From: an uncultured delta proteobacterium | GTDB lineage: Bacteria > Desulfobacterota > Desulfomonilia > UBA1062 | Assembly (NCBI GenBank): GCA_963798485.1 | Contig: CAWCTR010000030.1 | Coordinates: 178,758-242,757, forward strand | Direction of reading: 5' to 3' | DNA length: 64,000 nucleotides | Shown: positions 9,981 to 18,446 of the stretch, in pieces | Layout of the letters: every line of letters begins with the position of its first letter | How positions within the stretch are numbered: the stretch's first letter is position 1 | The notes under the pieces: model-generated | The model's database searches: none | The model's input: only the letters and a program-made list of their open reading frames with translations | What the model was told of the DNA's origin: nothing | Program-made: the position numbers and the translations under genes

Positions 9981-11391
9981 CCTTCAATTCCTTGTTTTTT
10001 TCATAGCTGTCTATTCGATCTATCTGGTGCTGGGTCACCGAGCTCAAAATAGGTTCTTGCTGGTCGCGAGTTATGCTTTTTATGCCGCCTGGGATTACAG
10101 ATTCCTTTCCTTGCTTATTATCTCAACCACTATCGACTATTTAATAGGTTTAAGAATTGCCGACAACAAAAGTCATATGGTCCGGAAACGACTGATTTCG
10201 AGCACTATCATTTTTCACCTAGGGCTGTTGGGCTTTTTCAAATACTTCAATTTTTTTGCTGATGGTCTAAGTGGATTGGTTGCCCTGATAGGCTTTTCAG
10301 CTTCACATTTTACCTTGGATGTAGTACTGCCGCTGGGCATCTCATTTTACACATTTGTATCCATGAGTTATGTGATTGATGTTTATCGTGATCGGATTAC
10401 ACCATGTCGTAATTTCTTAGACTTCGCCCTTTTTATAGCCTTTTTCCCTCCGTTGGTATCGGGTCCGATCGGACGGGGGCCTTTATTGATTCCTCAAATC
10501 CTAAAGCCTCGCGTAATAACCCCTGATAACTTGGCAGACGGCTTCTTTCTTATCATCTGGGGCTTATTCAAAAAGGTTGTTATTGCAGATAACCTGAGTT
10601 TCACAGTGAATGAAATCTTTGCCAAGAGCCATGGATTTGTTGATGGAGAGGTGTTCATTGCTGCACTATTTTTCACATTCCAGATCTACGCGGACTTCTC
10701 CGGATATACTGACATAGCACGTGGAATCTCGAAGCTGATGGGCTTTGATTTGATGCTGAACTTTAATCTGCCATATTTTGCCCGTAACCCTAGTGATTTC
10801 TGGCACCGATGGCATATAAGCTTATCCAGTTGGCTGAGAGATTACCTTTATATACCCCTGGGTGGTAACCGCTACGGAGAGATCAGGACGTACCGGAATC
10901 TAATCTTGACTATGACACTAGGGGGGCTTTGGCATGGGGCCGCCTGGAATTTTGTATGCTGGGGGTTTTATCATGGCATCGTACTGACCGCACATCGTTT
11001 TTTAGGCCGAGTCGGTTTTATTAACCCGGATCGTCAGCACGGGTTAATAATAGAGGAAGTAATTAAGTACAGTTCGATCGGTGTAATGTTCATATTCACC
11101 ATTTACGGCTGGCTGCTTTTTCGAGCGAATAGTTTAACACAGATTGCCAATATGACAGCAGCCATCATGAATCTATCGCTTAACAGTTTTGTTTTCAGCA
11201 AAATAGCAAAGCTGATATTTTATATATGGCCGCTGATATTTATTCAGATATGTCAATACTACTCTTCGGATCTCCGGATTGTAACCCGTAGCCCCAGACT
11301 GTTGCAGGCGGCTATGTATTTATTGTTGCTGTTTTTCCTTATGGTGTTAGGAAATTTCGATGGAACGTCATTTATCTATTCCCAGTTTTAG
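9967..11391 (+). CDS. MBOAT O-acyltransferase (AlgI/PatA-like)
   Basis: Start MVFNSLQF at 9967; LPLGISFYTF, DFSGYTDIA, NFNLPY, FWHRWHISLSSWLRDYLYIPLGGNR, GLWHGA. Confidence 0.92.
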   Translation: MVFNSLQFLVFFIAVYSIYLVLGHRAQNRFLLVASYAFYAAWDYRFLSLLIISTTIDYLIGLRIADNKSHMVRKRLISSTIIFHLGLLGFFKYFNFFADGLSGLVALIGFSASHFTLDVVLPLGISFYTFVSMSYVIDVYRDRITPCRNFLDFALFIAFFPPLVSGPIGRGPLLIPQILKPRVITPDNLADGFFLIIWGLFKKVVIADNLSFTVNEIFAKSHGFVDGEVFIAALFFTFQIYADFSGYTDIARGISKLMGFDLMLNFNLPYFARNPSDFWHRWHISLSSWLRDYLYIPLGGNRYGEIRTYRNLILTMTLGGLWHGAAWNFVCWGFYHGIVLTAHRFLGRVGFINPDRQHGLIIEEVIKYSSIGVMFIFTIYGWLLFRANSLTQIANMTAAIMNLSLNSFVFSKIAKLIFYIWPLIFIQICQYYSSDLRIVTRSPRLLQAAMYLLLLFFLMVLGNFDGTSFIYSQF

Positions 11392-12355
11392 AAGGCATCA
11401 CCCCACGCAGGCCATCGGTTTGTTTCTTGTGGGTGTTCTCGTACTGGAGCTGATTTGCCATACGTATTTGCCACGGAGCTACATGGAGCTCCAATTCAAT
11501 AAGATCCGCCAGTGTGTTGTGGGTGGCTCTGCTCCTGCAATCCAGATCATGGGAGATTCTGTCGCTGCAGGTGGCATACTGACGACTTTTCTGGGTTGCG
11601 ATGGTAAAACAATACGGAATGATGCCCTTGTCGGAAGCGGTCCAGCCTTCAGCTATTTTCTCTTGAAAGATGAGATTGCTGCTCATCGTAATCCAGCATA
11701 TCTGATTCTGGCTTATTCACCTCATACATTCAGCGGTATTCGTACCCCTGTCTTTATAGGTAGTTTCGCTTATTGGTCTGAGCTTCCGGAGCTTTTCTGG
11801 AATAGTGACGACCGCTTTTCTTTTCTCTATGGCATACTGACAAGGTTATCCTACATCCTTGCATATCGCGATCAGTTCAAAGCCCTCCTTACTAATGGAG
11901 ACTATCATTTTTTCATCAGCAAACCTGATACGGACAAGTCTGAAAAAAATCGGTTGAACGAATACAAGGCACTGCTTGATAAGAACAAATTTAAACCAAA
12001 ATCATTGGGGGATGGGCTCTGGGACATGTACAAGGAGCCATTTCGGGTGTCTCCGCTCAATGATCTTTACTTCTGCCGGTTGCTGCAACTGACTAAATCA
12101 CACGGTATCAAGGTGTACTGGATTACGATGCCAGTAACTCAGCGTGTACATAACTATCGACAAGGGATCAGTTATGAAAGCAACTTTATTAATTATTTGG
12201 ATCGGTTCGTAAAACGGGGTGAACTGAAGTATATACAGCGAGATTTTTTGGTTTACGAAGACAAATATTTTGACGATCTTTCCCACATAAACATGAACGG
12301 TGCTATCAAATTCAGTTCACGACTGTCTGAGATCCTGCCGGCGGAGGTTCAATAA
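11360..12355 (+). CDS. Membrane-anchored SGNH-like acyltransferase partner (AlgJ/DltD-like)
   Basis: N-terminal TM segment, GDS motif, C-terminal D..H (DDLSH); overlaps the MBOAT gene. Confidence 0.6.
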   Translation: MERHLSIPSFRRHHPTQAIGLFLVGVLVLELICHTYLPRSYMELQFNKIRQCVVGGSAPAIQIMGDSVAAGGILTTFLGCDGKTIRNDALVGSGPAFSYFLLKDEIAAHRNPAYLILAYSPHTFSGIRTPVFIGSFAYWSELPELFWNSDDRFSFLYGILTRLSYILAYRDQFKALLTNGDYHFFISKPDTDKSEKNRLNEYKALLDKNKFKPKSLGDGLWDMYKEPFRVSPLNDLYFCRLLQLTKSHGIKVYWITMPVTQRVHNYRQGISYESNFINYLDRFVKRGELKYIQRDFLVYEDKYFDDLSHINMNGAIKFSSRLSEILPAEVQ

Positions 12356-12369
12356 CTAACATTATTTAT

Positions 12370-12445
12370 TGGTGCCGAGGGACTGAGTTGAACCGCCGAC
12401 AGGAGGATTTTCAGTACGCTGCTCTACCTGCTGAGCTACTTCGGC
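12370..12445 (-). pseudogene. Degenerate tRNA-Phe(GAA)
   Basis: Reverse complement GCCGAAGTAGCTCAGCAGGTAGAGCAGCGTACTGAAAATCCTCCTGTCGGCGGTTCAACTCAGTCCCTCGGCACCA: cloverleaf with CCA, but mismatches in the acceptor (1), anticodon (2) and T (1) stems. Confidence 0.75.
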
Positions 12446-12461
12446 ACCGTTTGGATGTGTA

Positions 12462-12680
12462 GAGACCTTTGCACAACCGCTGACCTTTGAGGGTACGAAG
12501 AATCCCATGAAATTTGGTCGGGATCTGGAGTCTGAGTGGATGAAAAGGAAAGAGGTTCCGTTCTATGGGATGAAAGAGTACGCATCAATAGATGTGAACA
12601 GTGGGCTTGTGATGTCACGCTGCTATTGAAGGCATCCGAGAATGATACGAACTACTTTCAGTATACGGTGAGCATGAGAC
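12462..12680 (+). mobile_element. IS5-family remnant (IR plus internal transposase fragment)
   Basis: GAGACCTTTGCACAACC IR, then a frameshifted fragment NPMKFGRDLESEWMKRKEVPFYGMKEYASIDVNSGLV..KASENDTNY resembling the IS5 DDE region. Confidence 0.6.
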
Positions 12681-12698
12681 AGTAATGGAGGGGAAAAT

Positions 12699-13391
12699 AT
12701 GAATATCTTTGATTTTCAAATAATGACATTTTTTAATCAGTTTTCTCAGCATTCATTGATATTTGACAATGCCATTAATATATTACAAAGCAATAAATTA
12801 TTAAAGGGGGGCGTCCTATTAACTATTTATTGGTATGCATGGTTTAAAAGAGAAGAACGTCATTCACAAAATCGTGAACATATAATTTCAACTCTATCTA
12901 GTTCCGTTATCGCCCTAGCCTTGGCAAGAACTTTGGCAGTGACATTGCCATTTCGTATCAGGCCGCTACACGAAGCGGGTTTACATTTCTTGCTTCCATT
13001 TGGTACTGAACCAGGTGCGTTAATGGGATGGAGTTCATTTCCGAGTGACCATGCTGTATTATTTATTACTCTCTCTACGGGACTTTTATATATATCGAGA
13101 CGGATAGGTGCATTTTCACTTTGTTATACTTTATTATTTATTGAATTTCCACGATTATATTTAGGATTTCATTACCCAACTGACATTATCGCAGGTTCAA
13201 TTATCGGAATGGTGGTTGCATTATTGGGAAATATCTACCTTGTAAAGAGCAAAGTTATACAATCTATCACGAACTTGTCATATTCGAAACCTCATTTTTT
13301 TTATCCATTGTTTTTCCTGTTTACTTATCAACTTGTGGATCTGTTTAATGAAAGTAGGGTGATTGTTATTGAGGGGGTAAAATTACTCTGA
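12699..13391 (+). CDS. PAP2 family phosphatase
   Basis: R.RP, SFPSDH, PRLYLGFHYPTDI. Confidence 0.88.
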   Translation: MNIFDFQIMTFFNQFSQHSLIFDNAINILQSNKLLKGGVLLTIYWYAWFKREERHSQNREHIISTLSSSVIALALARTLAVTLPFRIRPLHEAGLHFLLPFGTEPGALMGWSSFPSDHAVLFITLSTGLLYISRRIGAFSLCYTLLFIEFPRLYLGFHYPTDIIAGSIIGMVVALLGNIYLVKSKVIQSITNLSYSKPHFFYPLFFLFTYQLVDLFNESRVIVIEGVKLL

Positions 13392-13413
13392 CATATTAAT
13401 CTCGTTTGGGGTT

Positions 13414-13494
13414 GATTCCCCTTAGCTTGCTACGGAATGTCTATTCCTTATTGAGGCTTTTGATACCCAGTAGCTTGCAGCGGGGTAGTTCATT
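13414..13494. repeat. IS200/IS605-type subterminal palindromes (non-autonomous remnant)
   Basis: GATTCCCCTTAGCTTGCTACGG and GATACCCAGTAGCTTGCAGCGGGGTAGTTCATT resemble GATACCCCGCAGCTTGCTGCGGGGTAGTTCATT-type ends. Confidence 0.5.
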
Positions 13495-13561
13495 TCCTAA
13501 AAAATATCCTGCGGACGCTTTACTGATGATTTTTTTCGTAATCCAAATGAGGTTTGTAGGC

Positions 13562-13589
13562 TTGAAAATCATGTTTTGATGTGTATAAT
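13562..13589 (+). promoter_or_regulatory. sigma70-type promoter for the C1 peptidase
   Basis: TTGAAA-N16-TATAAT. Confidence 0.5.
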
Positions 13590-13679
13590 GATCACAGTCT
13601 TTCACCGTGGAATTTCTCATCGAATAAAATCATCTTTGATGTTGCTGCTATTTTTATAAATCCTTTGAGGAGGTACAGA

Positions 13680-14613
13680 ATGGAAAAGTTTCAGGAGAAG
13701 AATTGTTCGTGTTTGGCCATGGGGTGGCTTCCCGATTACCCGGATTTCCGAGATTACACGGCTTGGGACAAAACGTGTTTCGCAAAGGCTTTTAGACCTG
13801 AACCAGAAGGATTCGCCGCATGCCATGCTGGTAAAGGCCGGAGTTTCTGAGCCGGTAAAGGTGAAAGAGCCTGCAAAGGTTGATCTCAGGAGGTGGTGCT
13901 CGCCGGTGGAGGACCAGGGGGACTTGGGTTCATGCACTGCCAATGCGGGTGTCGGGCTCTTGGAGTATTACGAGCGCAAGGCATTCGGAAAACACATCGA
14001 TGCATCACGCCTCTTTCTCTACAAGACCACACGCAACCTCATCCATATGAAGGGTGATACCGGGGCATATCTGAGATCCACTATGGAGGCCATGGCACTC
14101 TTCGGCATACCGCCGGAAGAATACTGGCAGTATGACATCAGCAAATTCGATGATGAGCCGAGTGCTTTTTGCTATTCGTTTGCACAAAATTACCAGACAT
14201 TGCAGTACATCAGGCTTGACCCTCCGGGAACTGCGAAAGATCTTCTTCTCAAGACCATTAAGACCAACCTTGCTGCCAAGATCCCTTCCATGTTCGGTTT
14301 CACGGTGTATGACTCCGTCTCTGAAGCAGACGAGAACGGCAGAATACCATTCCCCGGGCCGAAGGAGAAGGTGCTTGGGGGGCATGCGATAATGGCTGCA
14401 GGGTATGATGACAAGATGAAGATCGAGAACACACACAGCGGTGCATCCACAACCGGGGCACTGCTTATCAGAAATTCCTGGGGCAAGGGCTGGGGTGAAA
14501 AGGGCTATGGCTGGCTTCCGTACGACTATGTGCTCCAGGGTCTGGCTGAGGACTGGTGGGTCATGCTCAAAAATGAATGGATCGATACCGGAGAGTTCAG
14601 ATTGGACGAGTAG
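13680..14613 (+). CDS. Papain-like (C1A) cysteine protease, split by a frameshift near 13760
   Basis: RBS GAGGAGG plus ATG at 13680 gives MGWLPDYPDFRDYT; the catalytic part QGDLGSCTANA, GGHAI, IRNSWG..WGEKGY is in the next frame (13825..14613). Confidence 0.85.
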
Positions 14614-14635
14614 GCCAGGATATTAAGAGACGTAT

Positions 14636-14684
14636 AATGGTGGCCGCCTAAGATGTGGAAATCTTAGGGCGGCCACCATTTTTT
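14636..14684. terminator. Intrinsic terminator between convergent genes
   Basis: AATGGTGGCCGCC..GGCGGCCACCATT stem followed by a T run. Confidence 0.75.
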
Positions 14685-14691
14685 GTAGGAG

Positions 14692-15372
14692 CTAACCCCT
14701 TTTTTCCATGGCTTTACTGTCTAAGGCGGGCCTGATGTAGAGGGGCTGCACATCTTGAGAAAGGCTTTCAACAGGGAAGCTCTGTGCAATACCGGCGAGC
14801 ACGGAGGCCCTTGGGTGCCAGAGAAGGGGAGGTCCTTCGTGGTAGAGCCCGCCAAGGTCTTTGATAAGCATATCCCGATAGATGTCGCAGCCGTTGCCCA
14901 CGAACAGGGTGCCTTCCCTCACAAGTGCGGCAATGCCTTCGGGGCGAAGGTCCATGAAATCAGTCAGACGTGAGCCATCCTTATTATATAATGCGCAGAA
15001 GACCTCTGACTTTTTGGCATCGAGAATGGGCATGATGTGCATGGATGAGGGCAGGGCTGAGTGAGCAATGATATCAAGGGTGGGTATGCCTACAAGGGGG
15101 CAGCCAATGGCTTTGGCAAGCCCTTTTGCAGTTGCAATACCGATCCTGAGGCCGGTGAATGAGCCGGGGCCGGTGCCTGTGGCAATGAACGTTATATCAT
15201 CCTTACTGGTAGAGCTCTTGGTCAGGACTTCGTCGATTACCGACAGGATCATGCCCGCATGCCCCACCTTGACAGCGAGGTTGATCTCGCAGATAGTTGC
15301 CTTGTCCCTCATCAGTGCAACGGACAGGCAGCTTGTGGATGTGTCCAGGGCGAGGACATTCACCTTGGTCAT
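14692..15372 (-). CDS. tsaB: tRNA threonylcarbamoyladenosine biosynthesis protein TsaB
   Basis: LALDTS, GPGSFTGLRIG, DA[KR]K.EV, P.YIR. Confidence 0.93.
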   Translation of the reverse strand: MTKVNVLALDTSTSCLSVALMRDKATICEINLAVKVGHAGMILSVIDEVLTKSSTSKDDITFIATGTGPGSFTGLRIGIATAKGLAKAIGCPLVGIPTLDIIAHSALPSSMHIMPILDAKKSEVFCALYNKDGSRLTDFMDLRPEGIAALVREGTLFVGNGCDIYRDMLIKDLGGLYHEGPPLLWHPRASVLAGIAQSFPVESLSQDVQPLYIRPALDSKAMEKRG

Positions 15373-16721
15373 CCTTTAAATATGCGGGTGATGTCGTTGT
15401 AAAAGGCAAAGAGCATGAGCATGATCAGGATGAAGAGTCCGATCTGCTGGGCTAACTCCCGGGGTTTGCCTTCAACGGGTTTACCGGTGATTCCCTCGAT
15501 AAGGAAGAGCAGCAGGTAGCCGCCGTCAAGTACGGGGATGGGCATCAGGTTGATAATGGCAAGGTTGATGCTGATGAAGGCTATCAGAGAGATAAACGCA
15601 AGCGGGCCTTCCCTGAAGGTCTGCCCGGAGACCTGTGCTATCTGGATGGGCCCTCCAAGGCTATCCTTGGCACTGATGGTACCCTTAATCATCTTTCCAA
15701 AGGCTATACCTGTGAGTTCTATGATCTTATAACACCGGCCGAACCCATAGCCGATACCGGCTAATGGTCCGTATCTCTTTTTGCCTACTTCTCTCTCCTT
15801 GGGACTGATCCCTATTATCACCTGAGAATGTTTTTTACCGAAGAAGCTCGTACTTACTTGCATTTCAGGCACGACATGGAGCGTTGTAGGCTTGCCGTCC
15901 CTGGTTACTTCAATCTCAATATTCTTACCTGCGCCTATGTCTTGGAGTTTCTGCTGTATATCCTCCCAGTTGTCCATAGGGGTCTGTGCAACTGCCACGA
16001 CCCTGTCACCGGATTTCAATCCAGCCTTATCTGCGGGAGAACCCTTATCTATCTCCCCCAAGACAGTATCATAAGGGCTGATTCCGATTATAAACCTGGG
16101 AATCTGTTCGCCGAAGAGGTTCTTCTGCATTTTTATGATAGGGGTTACGTGCAGAACGTATACCTTGGAATCCCGCATGAGTTCGATCTCAACACTCTTA
16201 CCCACAACCGAGTTTTGAAGAGAGGTCGATATATCTTCAAAAGCGAATATCTGTTTATTCTCTATAGTCTGTATCCGGTCACCAGGTAATAATCCTGCCT
16301 TATCGGCAGGAGAGTCCTTCTGTACCCCGCCTACAACCGGCAGGAGATAGGGCACGCCCACCCAGGCAATAACCGTTAAGATCACTACTGCTAACAGAAA
16401 GTTGAAGAAAGGGCCTGAAAAGACAATTGCCGCCTTAGCGCCGAGCCCTTTGCGCGAGAAGGACTTCTCCGGGTCGATGTGGGTAAGCTGATCCTTGTCA
16501 TCCGGGTCTTCACCGAGCATCTTGACATAACCGCCAAGTGGAAATGCCGCCAGTTGGTATTCCGTCTCACCGAATCTCATTTTAATGAGCGCCGGACCGA
16601 AGCCTAACGAGAACTTCAGCACCCCGACCCCGCTTGCCTTTGCCATGAGAAAATGGCCGAGTTCGTGGAAGAAGATCAGGATTCCAAGGACGATAATGAA
16701 TGCTAGGATTGTTATTATCAT
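15369..16721 (-). CDS. rseP: RIP metalloprotease RseP (two PDZ domains)
   Basis: HELGH, FSLGFG, PLGGYVKM, NLMPIPVLDGG. Confidence 0.95.
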   Translation of the reverse strand: MIITILAFIIVLGILIFFHELGHFLMAKASGVGVLKFSLGFGPALIKMRFGETEYQLAAFPLGGYVKMLGEDPDDKDQLTHIDPEKSFSRKGLGAKAAIVFSGPFFNFLLAVVILTVIAWVGVPYLLPVVGGVQKDSPADKAGLLPGDRIQTIENKQIFAFEDISTSLQNSVVGKSVEIELMRDSKVYVLHVTPIIKMQKNLFGEQIPRFIIGISPYDTVLGEIDKGSPADKAGLKSGDRVVAVAQTPMDNWEDIQQKLQDIGAGKNIEIEVTRDGKPTTLHVVPEMQVSTSFFGKKHSQVIIGISPKEREVGKKRYGPLAGIGYGFGRCYKIIELTGIAFGKMIKGTISAKDSLGGPIQIAQVSGQTFREGPLAFISLIAFISINLAIINLMPIPVLDGGYLLLFLIEGITGKPVEGKPRELAQQIGLFILIMLMLFAFYNDITRIFKG

Positions 16722-17845
16722 GGAATGAATGCCTCTGCAGTCTTTCTGGATTTTCTGTCAAGTCTCATTATATCTTGCGGTCCTTCTACCGCGGAATCAG
16801 TAAGTGTGTCCATGGTCTTTTTCACCACCTGCGTAATCTCATCAAAGCGGAGCCTGCCTTTCAGGAAGGCACCTACGGCCACCTCGTCGGCAGCGTTCAT
16901 GATGCAGGGCAGCACTTCCGGCCTGCTCATGGCATGCCTGGCTATGGAAAGCGCCGGGAAATTATTTGTATCCGGCGGCAGAAAGTCCATATGCAGGGTT
17001 TCAGCAAGGGGCAGGGGCTCAAGCGGCAGCTCCATGCGTTCAGGCCAGGAAAGGGCATACGCGATGGCCCCGCGCATATCCGGCAATGAGAGCTGGGCCT
17101 TGATGCTCCTGTCCATGAACTCTACCATGGAGTGGACAATGCTTTGTGGGTGGATTGTCACTTCGATTCTCTCTATGTCCACACCAAAGAGCCAGCATGC
17201 CTCGATGATCTCGAGGCCTTTGTTCATCATGGTTGCAGAGTCGATGGTTATCCTTTTGCCCATAGACCAGGTGGGGTGGTCCAATGCCTCTTCAGGGGTG
17301 ATATCCTTGAAAGTCCCTGCTGGCCTGTTTCTAAAAGGGCCGCCTGATGCGGTGAGGATGATGCGGCGGACAGAAGAACGGTTTTCTCCGTTCAGGCACT
17401 GAAACACTGCCGAGTGCTCCGAGTCCACAGGGATGATGGGCACACTAAAGTTTTTTGCCTCTTGAAGCAGAAATCTTCCACCTATGACCAGCGATTCCTT
17501 GTTGGCAAGGGCGAGCGTTGCCCCTGATCTGACCGCCTCCAAGGAAGGAAGGAAGCCTGCAGCGCCTGATATGCCGTTCACCACGATATCCGGCTCAGAG
17601 CGCCTGATTACCTCAATCGATGAAGACTCGCCGGTAAGGATTTCAAGTCCTGAAGTAACCGTGAAAGAAGGGGAAGTTGCTCCAAGGACCTTCACACCGA
17701 ATTCTGCAGCCTGGCTTTCAAGGAGCCTGTTGTTGAAACCCGTAGACAACCCCACGACCTTGAATTTGCCTGGATGCATACGTATGACATCCAGGGTTGA
17801 CTCCCCGATGGAGCCGGTTGATCCGAGAACAACAATCCGTTTCAT
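16718..17845 (-). CDS. dxr: 1-deoxy-D-xylulose-5-phosphate reductoisomerase
   Basis: LGSTGSIG, ALANKESLV, PVDSEHSA, HPTWSMG..ITIDSATMMNKGLE. Confidence 0.96.
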   Translation of the reverse strand: MKRIVVLGSTGSIGESTLDVIRMHPGKFKVVGLSTGFNNRLLESQAAEFGVKVLGATSPSFTVTSGLEILTGESSSIEVIRRSEPDIVVNGISGAAGFLPSLEAVRSGATLALANKESLVIGGRFLLQEAKNFSVPIIPVDSEHSAVFQCLNGENRSSVRRIILTASGGPFRNRPAGTFKDITPEEALDHPTWSMGKRITIDSATMMNKGLEIIEACWLFGVDIERIEVTIHPQSIVHSMVEFMDRSIKAQLSLPDMRGAIAYALSWPERMELPLEPLPLAETLHMDFLPPDTNNFPALSIARHAMSRPEVLPCIMNAADEVAVGAFLKGRLRFDEITQVVKKTMDTLTDSAVEGPQDIMRLDRKSRKTAEAFIP

Positions 17846-18330
17846 GGGCCCACACTTTTTCTTGAGTATGTCTGGTTGCCAAGAGTCCGGGGGGCAGTGC
17901 TCCCCCCTTTTATAACATGGGGTTGGGGGGTAAGGGGGGCAGAACTCCCCCCTTTTATAAAGGGGGGGCGGGGGGGATTTTGAACTAAAAAATTATATAT
18001 ACTCTCCACTACCCCATCGATATGAGTAAGCACTTCATTATTGTTGAACCTCATTACAGTAAATCCTAATTTGGAAAGATAGGTATCTCTTATACGATCA
18101 GCTGATTTTTCTTCTTCAATAAAATGTTGTGAGCCATCAACTTCAATGATAAGACGGGCACGAGGGCAATAAAAATCGACAATGTAGTTGCCGATGTTTT
18201 TCTGTCTGTAAAAATGAACACCGTTGACCTGCTTATTTCTAAGCTTTGACCAGAGTTTAATTTCCGCATTGGTCATGTCCTTTCTCAAACATCTGGAGAT
18301 ATTTTTGAGATCCCTCCTGTATGGAAGCAT
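17842..18330 (-). CDS. DUF559 (Vsr-like) endonuclease
   Basis: Likely start MLPYRRDLK; LRK.MT.AE..LW..LR, FYRQ..IG.YIVDFYC....LIIEVDGSQH, D..RD.YL..LGF.V.RF.N; stop overlaps the dxr start (ATGA). Confidence 0.9.
   Translation of the reverse strand: MLPYRRDLKNISRCLRKDMTNAEIKLWSKLRNKQVNGVHFYRQKNIGNYIVDFYCPRARLIIEVDGSQHFIEEEKSADRIRDTYLSKLGFTVMRFNNNEVLTHIDGVVESIYNFLVQNPPRPPFIKGGSSAPLTPQPHVIKGGSTAPRTLGNQTYSRKSVGP
17889..17980. repeat. Palindromic C6T3/A3G6 repeat at the 3' end of DUF559, plus a partial tandem duplicate
   Basis: 17945-17980 reverse complement is AAATCCCCCCCGCCCCCCCTTTATAAAAGGGGGGAG; GGGGGGCAG..CTCCCCCCTTTTATAA occurs at 17889 and 17934. Confidence 0.8.
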
Positions 18331-18332
18331 GA

Positions 18333-18369
18333 AAATCCCCCCTATCCCCCCTTTAGAAAAAGGGGGGAA
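18333..18369 (+). repeat. Palindromic repeat at the 5' end of DUF559 (inverted relative to 17945-17980)
   Basis: AAATCCCCCCTATCCCCCCTTTAGAAAAAGGGGGGAA. Confidence 0.8.
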
Positions 18370-18446
18370 TTCTGATGACAGCTTAAAATTATGTGCACAA
18401 CCATTGTCCCTATTTAAAAAGTGGATGTATTCATGGTTGTCCATCT

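Noticed and set aside
17889-18369. Repeats around DUF559, and the REP copies elsewhere, as a CRISPR array
   Set aside because: Only 2-3 copies, in inverted orientation, with no regular spacers and no cas genes.
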